Source: Antedon mediterranea (taxonomy: Eukaryota; Animalia; Echinodermata). From it: a stretch of DNA of 64,000 bases. Made by a program: the position numbers and the translations under genes. Shown piece by piece: positions 13,198 to 26,267 of the stretch. Where the stretch lies: the NCBI RefSeq assembly GCF_964355755.1, contig NC_092678.1, forward strand, positions 7,518,422-7,582,421. The letters are read 5' to 3'. Each line of letters begins with the position of its first letter. The stretch's first letter is position 1. The notes under the pieces were generated by a model that saw only the letters and a list, made by a program, of their open reading frames with translations, did not search any database and was not told the DNA's origin.

Positions 13198-15268
13198 CAT
13201 TTTGGTCCACACAACTCCACGTTTAATGATGCGCATCATTTTGGTCCACACATCTCCACGTTTAATGATGCGCATAATTTTGGTCCACACATCTCCACGT
13301 TTAATGATGCGCATCATTTTGGTCCACACATCTCCACGTTTAATGATGCGCATCATTTTGGTCCACACAACTCCACGTTTAATGATGCGCATCATTTTGG
13401 TCCACACAACTCCACGTTTAATGATGCGCATCATTTTGGTCCACACAACTCCACGTTTAATGATGCGCATCATTTTGGTCCACACAACTCCACGTTTAAT
13501 GATGCGCATCATTTTGGTCCACACATCTCCACGTTTAATGATGCGCATCATTTTGGTCCACACATCTCCACGTTTAATGATGCGCATCATTTTGGTCCAC
13601 ACATCTCCACGTTTAATGATGCGCATCATTTTGGTCCACACATCTCCACGTTTAATGATGCGCATCATTTTGGTCCACACATCTCCACGTTTAATGATGC
13701 GCATCATTTTGGTCCACACATCTCCACGTTTAATGATGCGCATCATTTTGGTCCACACATCTCCACGTTTAATGATGAACATCATTTTGGTCCACACAAC
13801 TCCACGTTTAATGATGCGCATCATTTTGGTCCACACATCTCCACGTTTAATGATGCGCATCATTTTGGTCCACACATCTCCACGTTTAATGATGCGCATC
13901 ATTTTGGTCCACACATCTCCACGTTTAATGATGCGCATCATTTTGGTCCACACATCTCCACGTTTAATGATGCGCATCATTTTGGTCCACACATCTCCAC
14001 GTTTAATGATGCGCATCATTTTGGTCCACACATCTCCACGTTTAATGATGCGCATCATTTTGGTCCACACAACTCCACGTTTAATGATGCGCATCATTTT
14101 GGTCCACACATCTCCACGTTTAATGATGCGCATCATTTTGGTCCACACATCTCCACGTTTAATGATGCGCATCATTTTGGTCCACACATCTCCACGTTTA
14201 ATGATGCGCATCATTTTGGTCCACACATCTCCACGTTTAATGATGCGCATCATTTTGGTCCACACATCTCCACGTTTAATGATGCGCATCATTTTGGTCC
14301 ACACATCTCCACGTTTAATGATGCGCATCATTTTGGTCCACACATCTCCACGTTTAATGATGCGCATCATTTTGGTCCACACATCTCCACGTTTAATGAT
14401 GCGCATCATTTTGGTCCACACATCTCCACGTTTAATGATGCGCATCATTTTGGTCCACACAACTCCACGTTTAATGATGCGCATCATTTTGGTCCACACA
14501 TCTCCACGTTTAATGATGCGCATCATTTTGGTCCACACATCTCCACGTTTAATGATGCGCATCATTTTGGTCCACACATCTCCACGTTTAATGATGCGCA
14601 TCATTTTGGTCCACACATCTCCACGTTTAATGATGCGCATCATTTTGGTCCACACATCTCCACGTTTAATGATGCGCATCATTTTGGTCCACACATCTCC
14701 ACGTTTAATGATGCGCATCATTTTGGTCCACACATCTCCACGTTTAATGATGCGCATCATTTTGGTCCACACATCTCCACGTTTAATGATGCGCATCATT
14801 TTGGTCCACACATCTCCACGTTTAATGATGCGCATCATTTTGGTCCACACAACTCCACGTTTAATGATGCGCATCATTTTGGTCCACACAACTCCACGTT
14901 TAATGATGCGCACCATTTTGGTCCACACAACTCCACGTTTAATGATGCGCATCATTTTGGTCCACACATCTCCACGTTTAATGATGCGCATCATTTTGGT
15001 CCACACAACTCCACGTTTAATGATGCGCATCATTTTGGTCCACACATCTCCACGTTTAATGATGCGCATCATTTTGGTCCACACATCTCCACGTTTAATG
15101 ATGCGCATCATTTTGGTCCACACATCTCCACGTTTAATGATGCGCATCATTTTGGTCCACACATCTCCACGTTTAATGATGCGCATCATTTTGGTCCACA
15201 CATCTCCACGTTTAATGATGCGCATCATTTTGGTCCACACAACTCCACGTTTAATGATGCGCATCATT
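13198..15268. repeat. 39-bp minisatellite, ~53 near-identical copies, in an intron of the PH gene
   Basis: Unit CATTTTGGTCCACACA(T/A)CTCCACGTTTAATGATGCGCAT. There is one common T/A variant position and a few singleton changes. Confidence 0.98.
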
Positions 15269-15529
15269 ATGTAAGCTGATCACATGGTCTACATGGGTAT
15301 AGCTTATGTACGTATCTTTCAGAAATTATTATATGCCGCTTTCCTGCTCATTTCACAAATTTGTAATCCGAGCAACAACAAAATGTTGAAACTTTTTGCA
15401 CACATTTCACACATTGTCATGCACAATCCAGCATGATCCCTGCATTGTCTGCGAAACAAAATTTGTGCAAGTGTCAGGGCTGTAAATGATAAAACTGGGA
15501 GATGTTCGACAAGAAATTTAAAATTGTAC

Positions 15530-15706
15530 CTTTGAAAGACATCTTCTGTTTCGTTTGCAGAGTTCAACTAATCTTTGTTTGGACATAGACAATCGACTGT
15601 ATGTAGCTTGCCCATCTTCCGCATATCCAGTTTGACTTAAGCGCTTATACTCTCGCTGTAGACGGGTTATTGCATCTTGTAGCGACCTCACTAGTAACTG
15701 CAAATC
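15530..15706 (-). CDS. PH-domain protein, exon 2 (predicted helical/coiled-coil segment)
   Basis: AG at 15708-15707 and GT at 15529-15528. The 177-bp phase 0-0 exon translates DLQLLVRSLQDAITRLQREYKRLSQ...RRCLSK. Confidence 0.75.
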
Positions 15707-17279
15707 CTACAAGTATTACAAGATGTTGTATAGCATTAGAAGAATAACAAAAACAATAACAAATATCAGTCTACCCGTGAAGAATAATATTTCTTAAAAT
15801 AAATAACAAATAACCATAGAATAGTGAACACTTAACTAACTTTTTATGTCATTTAAACCGGCCTACATTTTTGTGTCGCGGTTGCGACTCGGGTTACACA
15901 ATTCCGGATTATCCCCACATTTTGCATTTAAAAAAATGGGGCAACCTAAACTTTAAATGGTCAGAATGAGTGTTATTAATACATTTTTACTTGGCTTCAC
16001 TTCATGAAAATATAGCCTTTCTTTTTTCACCATTGCAATCATAAACATTCATTATTTATATACAAAAGATGTTTTCATTCCACTCCTCCGACCATGCCAA
16101 ATGTAATTTCTGGAAAAGCATTTGGTTTATAATTATATGACCAAAATGTGTTTATAATTTAGTCTCAAAAACACTTACAATTTCATAAAGATTTAATGTT
16201 TAGTTAGTTAATCGCTAAAATTTCCAGTCACTGAACCTGAATTTAATAAACACTTCCTTGCTAATTTTTGTTGATATACATTTTAAGCTAAATGAATTGA
16301 GTCATGAATTACAATCATGTCGTATATTACCAGCATGTACCAGCCTATATGTAATATTAAAGAAAAAAATTTTCGCAACCGGCAGTTTAAGTTAAAAAAG
16401 TTAACAAAACTGGACTTTTCCAGTAAAGTCTGTGATACTAATGTTGTAATTTTAATAAATGTATGCAGCTTAAAAGAAAATTCAGTAAATACATCAAATA
16501 GTATTGACCCTCTGAAAAAATAATAGTAAACTATTTTTATATCACATAGTTCAACCAAAAATGTTTTTTTTAATTGGCATATTCAAATTTGGTTTAATTA
16601 TCTATTATCTATAATATAATAATCTATCTTTTTTTCATGTTTTGGGGAACAATACATCTTTAATAATTTGTAGAAATATTGATATACTATCTATTGATGA
16701 TAAGCTACTACAGTATGCATACAAGAATAAAATATAATTTCAAAGAAATAAAAAAATAAACTATAAACAATTAAAGAATAGTGAAAATTATCTATTTTTT
16801 ACGATATTCAAATCTCTTCACTAAGTGAGAAAAAATCCTATTTTAGTGTGATTTTCTGTTTTGTATTAGTTGTATATTTGGAATATTTATTCTGAAATAA
16901 AGTGATCAATTCAATTCAATTTAACAACTGCTACAAGTTGTATTAAAACTAAAACAGAGTAGTATGTAGCGTAACTTTAGAATATCAGTTTATAAAAAAG
17001 AAGACAAATTGAAAAACAGTAATGCAATTTCAGGCCTCCATCTGCCTCTCCATCAGGCAACCTTAATTGATTATTTTAAAACAACTTTTTAATTCATACT
17101 TTTCTTAGTTTTCATTACTTCAAAATGAATAAAAACAAGTAACTAATTTCAATAGAGTATAGTGCTTTAGTAGCAATTAGATGAAAGGTCATTAAGGTCA
17201 TCCATTCATTATGACCTTTTGACATAAGTTTTGTGCCAACTATGAGTGAATTATGAGTGAATAATGAAAAAAAACTTAC

Positions 17280-17375
17280 TTGTCGATCCAACTGCTGTAC
17301 TGCTGTATCGAAATCCTGACCGTTTGCATTCAGCAACTTGAGGATGCTGTGTTGTGACTCCGTGCCTGATGACAT
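17280..17375 (-). CDS. PH-domain protein, exon 1 in window (possible start ATG)
   Basis: Acceptor CAG is immediately followed by ATG. The 96-bp exon translates MSSGTESQHSILKLLNANGQDFDTAVQQLDRQ and ends at donor GTAAGT (17279), phase 0. Confidence 0.72.
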
Positions 17376-19789
17376 CTGTATTGGAAGAAATGAAACGTTT
17401 AGCAGGGTTTCCTCATTAAAATCAAACAGGAAGAAATGAAGCAATGTCATTTACCATATAAAAACATCTAAAATTGACTGGACAACTGAGTCTATTAGAG
17501 GATTGATATTCTTGGCTTGGTAATTAATAGCTTTGAAAATTGTTTTGTTATCCAAAAATGTGCAGCCCCTATTAACAAATATATATTTGCAATGTTTTCA
17601 AATGTATATAGCGCTTTTAACAGATTGTCCCATATGCACTGAAAAAATTAAGATTGGAGAAAAACAGATTAAAAGAACTAAAAAGATTGGTAGAAGGTGA
17701 ATTAGATTTAGAAATATTGTTCCACAGTTCAGGAGCTGCAACAACAAAAGGTCTTTAGGCGACTAAGTGAAATAAAAAGTACAAATGTACTAGCAGTCGA
17801 CCTAACAAAAGACTGATAGATTCATTAAGTTATGCTTCATTTAATCTAAAAAAACAGGCCAGACTGCAGGGGCCAAGGTTCCAACAAAGGCCTACAGATT
17901 TGTGTTTTTCGGTGTTAAAATATTCTCTAAGTGTATCTGCAGATTCAGACATTTGCTTATGGGGCTGGAAAGACAGCAACTAAAAATATCGGACGATAAT
18001 TATGAATACAAATTGTAATTTGGTACCACTTTTGAAAAATTTAGTTTAGAGGGAAAAGTACCAGAAAGAATAGACATATGGTAGATATGTGTTATGGGAT
18101 TGCTAAGTGAATAATATGTTTTATGATACTATGTTTAAATCATCGTATCCTGAGCTTGAGTTTCAATAAGGTAAATTGGATGTACTAATAATGAAATGAA
18201 ACTAGAAATGATTGGTAGAATTAATTAATTCCTAAATCCATCCTTTTGGGTTGATTTCATTTTTTAGGCAAATGTTTTATGACTATATTCTATATTTATA
18301 TATTGAGCTAATCTTTCCTCTTATTCTTTTAAGTCCACAGACTTCACTTTAAGGGCATGCTCAAACCTGTGTCTCAAAACAACCGTCATACTCCGTTAAT
18401 TACAGTCCCTTTCATTTAACGGTATCAGGAGGTAATAAGCCGATTACAATTTACATTATTTGTGTCAAATAAAACCTTAATTACATTACTGTGCAAATAA
18501 CGGTACACCATTGCTACATTAACAATAATAATGTAATACAATTTGTTAAAGCGCACATATCCCCAAAAAACCCTCAAGGCGCTTGTGGAAAACCAGAGGA
18601 ACTAATATGTATACCTAAAGCTACCGAAACAAGAAGTAAAACTGCATAACTGCATTCTGTTTACCAGCAATTTAAGGTGTATTGTATATAACTTTAGGTG
18701 TTTTCAGTTATGTCAGCACCTAACTAGACATTTAAATATTGCCAAATCTAGAAAAAACCTGCATCCTGTTTTAGCAATTTATGGTGTATCTATAAGGTGA
18801 CCAGGGAACACACTTTAATCTTCAATTTTCTTTTATTTTTCTACCCCATCATTTCTAACCATTATTTCTGAATTATATTTATTTTCAATATAATCAAATT
18901 TGGGGCCATATGACCTATATTTATTATGAATAAATTGCCTGTTTGGGGACAGCGAGAGTAATTAAATGTATTTACTTTCAAACTTTAGGATATATCTACA
19001 GTATAAATGTATTTCTTCCAAAAGGTCAAACAATAAAAAGATCCAGAAGACGTTTTGAAGAGAAATGAAAACTACAGAACTCTCAATTTAGACAGGGCCC
19101 CAAGTTATCAGTGTACGACCTACCTTCATGAACCTCTCGTGATGAGTAAGATTCCAATTTGATGTGACTCAACATAAAAATCTGTTAAAATACCAAATAT
19201 ATTCCAGTTAAAAATGAAAATGATCATTAAAAATATCTTTAAGAAAGAAATTAGTTAGTAAACGTTTCGATGAAAAAAAGAAAATACTATCCCAGCGTGC
19301 TAATGAACTTTCTACACTGGTTTTCATTTGCAGCGTAAAGGAGATTCTTACGATAGATTATCGTACCGGGTACTTCCGTCATTTCTAGCAAGCTGACTCA
19401 CAGACCGTGCAAGGCTGCTAAGAAGTGGATCGTGCCTGTAATTATAATTGGCGCATGACGTCAGGTATTAAAGAAGCCCTAATCATTCTCAGGAAACAAA
19501 TTTGACTTGAGTCATAACCTGTAGAAAATACTACAAAATTGGCGCTAATATCCTAAATAAACACAACATCATTTAACTAGAAAATACTTACAAATTTATA
19601 ATTTACCAATTCTAAATTAAAATTGCAGAAAAGAGATGATGATAGTGGTATTAGATGTAAAAGTTTCATTCATGTGGAGCATTTGGATCATCCTAAGAAA
19701 CTTTAGAAATAAATGATATGTTTTTTAATAGAAAAATTATATAAATTATCAAAATATCTTAAAATCAATATTGTTTCCTATGGCCTGTA

Positions 19790-19841
19790 AGTTTACATAT
19801 AGTTTACATATAGTTTACATATAGTTTACATATAGTTTACA
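19790..19841. repeat. 11-bp tandem repeat (AGTTTACATAT) x ~4.7
   Basis: Directly visible in the sequence. Confidence 0.9.
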
Positions 19842-20872
19842 GTATAAAAATGCCTTATTAACCAATGGTTGGTTCTTCTGTATATTGTGAAATTTTCATT
19901 TATGTTCAGAATTATGATGATTAAATGTATCTATATCTATATGCTCACTAGAGACCACCACCATAACTTAAGGAGCGAGTCGGCTTCGAATGCCTAAATT
20001 GTTGACGCTTTAGGTATGGTAAACGGTGCCCCTGCATAACAGCTTGGCCATTTGACTTGATTTGCAGCTATTCAACACAATTTCCAGAATCATTTCATAT
20101 TTTTCGATGGATGTTCATGGAATCAAAATACTGTTCTTGTACACAAGAACATTCAAATACTGCACATCTCATAGGTCTCCCTAAATCCCCAGACCAATGC
20201 CAATTGAATTACGTACTCTACTTTTAACAGCACCTACAATATCATAACCAAGTATCTAAAACCATAACCTATATTTCTCAGTAAAACAAACTTTTAAAAT
20301 GAAATAAAAATAATATCTATCAAAACAGAAGCATACCTTTCACTCAGAATTTCTTAACACAGACAAGCAGGAAACACTAATTTCCCATTTGAAATCTAGA
20401 GTAAAGTCATTCAGCCCAAAATAGTCCTTAAGCTTTCTTCTGTGGTAGAATTCTTCAGATGCCGCCATACACTGTACGAAGGATCACTTACAAGTAAACA
20501 TTACCACATCTGCCAGTTAATTTTCTGATTAAACGAAGAAAAAGTAAATTTTAATACAAAAAGTAATGCATGGCACCGAGTGGGTGTATTTCATGACGAT
20601 TTTGATTTGCATAACGTTAATCTATCAAATCAAATTAAGATAAGTATTAACAATGTCCTCTAGGGAGAATGCAGTTCAGTATTTTGTAAGTAGATAAAAA
20701 ATTATTCTGAATAGAAATTAAAAACTATTAATTAAAAATAGTATTTACCATTCTAGGTGCTAAATTTCTTGCTAGGCCCATTCATAGTCAGCTGACCATC
20801 TTCTGATAAATACGTAGTTGACCTCTGCACAGACTCACTATCGGCATAAAGTGCACCTTCAGCATAAAGAGT

Positions 20873-21560
20873 ACCTGTAGTTCAGCACCAAGTACCATTT
20901 ACACCTGTAGTTCAGCACCAAATACCATTTACACCTGTAGTCCAGCAACAAGTACCATTTACACTTGTAGTTCAGCACCAAATACCATTTACACCTGTAG
21001 TTCAGCACCAAATACCATTTACATCTGTAGTTCAGCAACAAGTAGGTACCATTTACACCTGTAATTCAGCACCAAATACCATTTATACCTAAAGTTCAGC
21101 ACCAAAGTACCATTTACACCTGTAGTTCAGATTCAAGTACCATTTACACCTATAGTTCAGGACCAAGTACCATTTACACCTGCAGTTCATTCCAAGTACC
21201 ATTTACACCTGCAATTCAGCACCAAATTTCATTACACCTGTAGTTCAGCACCAAATACCATTTACACCTGTAGTTCAGCACCATTACCATTTCCACCTGT
21301 AGTTCAGCACCAAATACCATTTACACCTATAGTTCAGCACCAAATACCATTTACACCTATAGTTTAGCACCAAATACTTACACCAGTTCAGCACCAAGTA
21401 CCATTTACACCTGCAGTTCATCCCAAGTACCATTTAAACCTGCAATTCAGCATGGGTTAACAATTTAAACCCACTTTCTGCACTGTTTACCACTTACACA
21501 ACCATCAGTTCTGCACTATTTACCACTGACATCTGTAGTTGTGCACTGTTTACCATACCA
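20873..21560. repeat. 30-bp minisatellite, ~19 copies plus degenerate tail
   Basis: Unit ACCTGTAGTTCAGCACCAA(A/G)TACCATTTAC, starting at 20873, 20903 and onward. Confidence 0.95.
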
Positions 21561-22694
21561 GCACATCAGTTTTAAACCAGGTAACCTTGTCTTAAATGTA
21601 CGTTTTATGGTAAATTATGATAAAAAGAGAGAAACAATGCACTACCTAAGTAGCTCGCGGTGAATGTCCTCTTGTGGACAGTCTTAAGGCCTAGCCTAGG
21701 CTTAGTTTTGTAGGCCTAGCTGGTAAAAAGCAGTGACGTACAAATATGGTATGCTAGCTATAGACCTAGCCTGAAGTTGTCTAGTTGCTGCATTGTCTTT
21801 CTGTGTTTGCCAGAATCTTTTAATACAAATTGGGGGAAACCCGGTATTTTCGCTAAAAAGTTTTGATTCTTCCATTTGTTTTTGGCCTTCACGATCGATC
21901 AAAAGTGGGTGAAGAAGAAAAACTAAAATCAATCCGCACTCAATGCATGTTGGACCGCTTTTTTCTATCATGATAGATATGGAAGCATCTTTGAGAGACA
22001 TCTCCAGTTTCTTGATTATCTTCATGTTTGTTTGTAGAAGATGTGTACAAGAAAGCGGCTGTAATCTGGTCCAGGATACTGTACCAAGCTTCTATAGATC
22101 TTTTTTAAGGGTTAATAATGATCATGAACCTTGCCTGCTTGGTCCTTTGTGGTTGTTGAAAATTGCAAACAATATTGTATAAATCACTTTTTCCAACAAC
22201 AATAACATTATTTCCATGGAAAGAGACAAGTGCACATGAGTGTAGACATTAAAAACATGTGCTACAATGGGGGCGCTAGACAAGTTTAATTTGATATCAT
22301 TACACTATTGACATTGGGTGCAACAGTAAAATGTATATAAAATAAAGTGTATAATACATCTTTGTTGGTACACCATAAATCCGATCTCTTTGAAATGACA
22401 TTAGGCCTACAGTATATTTTAGCACCAGAATTTAGAATTACATGACATTCAATAAATCCTTAAAACCATTATGATGATATCTGCTCTTCTGCGTTTGAAG
22501 TAAAAATACAAAAGAAGAATAGGATGCAGATATTTTAAACAATTTCAAGAAAATGAATAATTATGTACAGTATTTATTTGTATATATTCAAGTAAAATTT
22601 TATAATAACCGATTTTTGACTATTTATACAAAAGATAATTATTTACTGAATTAGTGTATCTTTCTTTACAATAAAATTTAATGACAAAAAACAA

Positions 22695-23125
22695 GAAGAT
22701 CGACGTTTCGGAACCATCATGGAACCATTTTCGAGATCAAGTGATTGAATTATACAAAAATAACAAACACCAAAGGGTGACAGGAAATACTAATTAATTG
22801 GTTAATTAACAACAAAGAAGGCCTACAATTCTAAGAACTTAAGTTATTAAGCTCCTCCTTCTTAATTAATAAACAATTTAGCTTTGACTGAATCGCTTTG
22901 TTTATTAAGTGTAGGTTTCAGTTCTTTGATCCAGAGCATTTCCTTAATTAAACAATCAAATTTGGATTTGCACTTAGACAATATCCTGAAATGATTAAAA
23001 GTTTCAATAGGACTTATATTATGTTGCTTGCTCTCCTATGGTGCCTTTACTGTGTTCATCAATACGTTGATAAAGGTGCCGACAAGTATTTAGCTGACAT
23101 AGTTTGCATCGCACAAACCACAACG
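22695..23125 (-). mobile_element. Penelope-like retroelement 3' remnant (GIY-YIG endonuclease C-terminus and pLTR-like tail)
   Basis: The minus strand translates, with a stop and frameshifts, CGLCDANYV..TCRHLYQRIDEHSKGTIG...FRILSKCKSKFDCLIKEMLWIKELKPTLNKQSDSVKAKLF*. This is the characteristic Penelope GIY-YIG end. It is followed by a ...CCGAAACGTCG motif. Confidence 0.8.
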
Positions 23126-24155
23126 CATTGCTGATTAGTGTATCTTTGCCAATGATTAGTTGTCATTATATCACATGCAATATTTTCTTATTTCATTTTT
23201 ATATTTTTCATTTTCTCTTATTTTTTACTGAAAGTACTATATTAGTTTTTTTGTATATAAAAAATGTGAAATTGTAGTATAGCGCAGAAGGCCTGAATAA
23301 TGCGCAATGAAAGAGTTCACCTCGGAGATGACCCGAGATATTGGGAGAGATGGGAGATCACACTGATTTATTTCACTTTTTAATGAAATCAACAATAATA
23401 GAATTAAAAAAACGAGACAAGACATTTGCAAGCAAAATTGATAATTTTATTAAAAATCATAATTGTATAATTATACATATAGATAAATGCAGACAGCTGA
23501 CAATGTGTACCATAATAGCAAGATTAGTGCAAGACAATCATAGCTGATAAAGATAGTCAAAATAGTGAGACAATCATCGGATATGTTGCTGTAAATGGAT
23601 AGGCCTACACCAATTTGAAGTCACACCACCTACTCAGTTACGCACAATTACACAGGCCTGTATGCCTAAAAAAGGGGATGTGTTGGTCTTTGTCCAGAAG
23701 AACTCCCATTCCTTATGAAGTTTTAAACCATCCTGTATCCTTGACCGGGACTTTACCTCAAGTTCATAGATGCCGCTATCTATTATTATGGGTATATTGT
23801 TCTCATCGTTTGATTAAAATTAATTGGGACATTTATCATATTTATGAAATACAAACTCAACCAGAGCCGTTGCCAGGTCTAAGCTTAAGGGTCCGGTTCG
23901 GCAAATCAAATCAAACGTTTTTTCATGACACTCCACCCGTAGACATGCACGTAGCCGTCACCGGACCGGAACTGTGCTGGAATAGATGAGAAAGACCTTT
24001 TCCAGTAGCTCGCAAAGTACTCAATAAATAGAAGTCATTTATATCAAAATGCACTTTTACCAAGAGACTATTCATTGCCAATATAATAAGTAAGGTTTAC
24101 TTCTTTTACCGAAAAACTCTATTTTTTGCTTTATGTAACTTAATAATAATATATA

Positions 24156-25145
24156 CCGTATATTTCGGTGTATAAGTCGCACCTGTGTATAAGACGCACC
24201 CCCAACTGAGAGTAAAATATCGGTATTTTTTATATCGTCGATGTATAAGACGCACCTTATATTTCATCAAAACAATGTTTTTTTAAATTGTAATCAATAT
24301 TATTGTAATAATATATTTTGTTATATCTACAACGGCGTCCTTTATTTAGGTTTTTTCTTACCTAGGCTCGGCCGCGCCCAGCCTCAACACACTAGGCGAA
24401 TTTGTTCGCGCGAATCTAAGGCGTCAGCTAATACGCATGCGTAGAGTAGGATTTGGAAGATGTAAACATGAATACACATGCGTACAAGCTGACGCTTTCG
24501 ATTCGCGCGAACAAATTCGCCTAGTGGAAAATCGGCTTTTCACTTTTTATTCATGAGTTTCGCCGCAACATCGAGTGCATGACCGTGTGTGTAACACGCA
24601 CGTGTGTGGGCTAGCCTCGCTCGATCATTTCGAGAGGGCGCACGTTTTCACGGACAATCATATTCGATTAGTATCTATGTATCCGAGAAGTGTGTACGCT
24701 AGGTCCATGCTATAATCACCTGGAGAATATACTAGTCAAATACCGTACACCATGTGGCCACCAAAAGAAGGGCTTGCGCTTGGGGTACGGCGATCGTGCG
24801 TATAACTACTGTATAAATAAATACTATTCCAATGGTACGACGTAAACGTTTACAAATGATATTTTATCGGAGCGCCATAATGAACAAATCTTTTCATCAT
24901 ATTTAGTATAACATCATGCTAAAATGACTTAAAAACTAGGCCTAGGCAGAAGCAAGTTGCCGTTACGTTAGTTAGTTACTGTAGCTAGGCCTAGCCTACT
25001 CAGGCCTAGAAAACGAGGTAACGATAGCCTAGGCCTATGTAAAATCTGTGTGGTGAGGCATTTATGTTCGGTGTATAAGACGCACCCTTAATTTAGAGGT
25101 CAAATTTGCGTGTCAAAAGTGCGACTTATACACCGAAATATACGG
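24156..25145. mobile_element. Tc1/mariner-superfamily (pogo/Tc2-like) non-autonomous element
   Basis: Perfect 27-bp TIR CCGTATATTTCGGTGTATAAGTCGCAC, TA TSD (24154-24155, 25146-25147) and internal TGTATAAGACGCACC repeats. No transposase ORF. Confidence 0.9.
24390..24537. mobile_element. Harbinger-type MITE (same TIR family as 2224-2527) nested in the pogo-like element, left end clipped
   Basis: CACTAGGCGAATTTGTTCGCGCGAATC ... GATTCGCGCGAACAAATTCGCCTAGTGGAAAATCGGCT. Confidence 0.8.
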
Positions 25146-25905
25146 TATTTAAACATAGCCTATGTAAATACGCGAACGTGATTGGTTGAAACTGCATCAC
25201 ATGATTACCGCTACGAGGATCGTAAATCGTATATATCCTCGAGAACGATGATATTGACTGAGTAATTTTCGCGTAATTATCGTGTCCCTGTCATTAATCA
25301 TATAAATTCTCGAGTACGATGATATTGACTGTGTAATTTTCGTGTGGCAACACTCGCGTTTGCCGATAAACAAGTCATCTACTGGGTCTTGAACTTGCGA
25401 TGAAATTGTCACTCCATCACAAGACAACGCTTCATGCGCTGCGCCACGGAACTTGCTTGAAGAAATTAATCATCTAAACTATTTAAACTACTGTATGCAT
25501 ACATAGCGCCCTCATTTATTTTTAGTCCTCCCTAGATGTGATGAAACACCATTTGTGATTGGTTAATACTCACAGTAGTAACCGGTACGTGCGCGACGCA
25601 CTGAACATCCGGTGATTTGGCTCTAAGAAGACGAATTATTATTTATTCGGCCTACCTGATAATATTATTTTTATTAATGTAGGCTTATTGATGGAAATTC
25701 TTCTGTTATTATTTAAACGACCTAGGCTAGTGAATATTTTATTGCCAAGGAACGGGCCAAGGAATCATTAGTCAATTAGTAATTATCTGTATATTATTCT
25801 TCGAAAGGTAAGGTGTCTGGGCAGCTTGTTTACATACAATACAAAAAGGAGGCCTAGCATAGCTACCCGACCCAGCAGATATTCTACTTGTTGTTGGCTA
25901 TGTAA

Positions 25906-26100
25906 TATAACAGATATCGCCTTTTATATCGGTAAAATACAAGATTAGACATCCCCTCGGGAATGATATTAAGTTCTTGGGAATTATATATTTCCCTCGG
26001 CTGGCGCTTTGGGAAATATATATTCCCTCGAACATAATATCATTCCATCGGGGATGTCAAATCTTATATTTAACCTCTAAGCCGTCAATATCTGTATAAT
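25906..26100. repeat. Imperfect ~195-bp palindrome (hairpin), probably the end of a non-autonomous element
   Basis: Arms of ~95 bp: ACAGATAT...AAGATTAGACATCCCC...GGAATGATATTA...TATATATTTCCC pairs with its near reverse complement. Confidence 0.8.
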
Positions 26101-26267
26101 AACATACCTAAAATACCCAATTATTAGTTGATTTTGTATCATATATTTTGCTATATTGAACAGATGGCTTTAAGCTTTGTTAAAATCTTTGAGAAACAAA
26201 GAATGAAAACAAAGCTATAGCAGCCATTGCCATTTGATCAAAGGATGTACAGAAAAAATATTATATA

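Noticed and set aside
13177-15279. Three ~690-aa ORFs as protein-coding genes
   Set aside because: They arise from a stop-free 39-bp (13-codon) unit inside an intron. There is no synonymous-type divergence and no non-repeat coding flank.
10012-21560. 64-, 39- and 30-bp tandem arrays as CRISPR arrays
   Set aside because: The units are head-to-tail with no unique spacers, there are no cas genes, and the context is eukaryotic.
19124-22180. Additional coding exons of the PH gene (19181-19124, ~20468-20337, ~22170-21940)
   Set aside because: They have some splice-like signals, but phases or stops are incompatible with the downstream exon. They may be UTR exons and cannot be supported as CDS.
23615-23989. 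124-aa plus-strand ORF
   Set aside because: Non-ATG start, no recognisable motif and no splice context.
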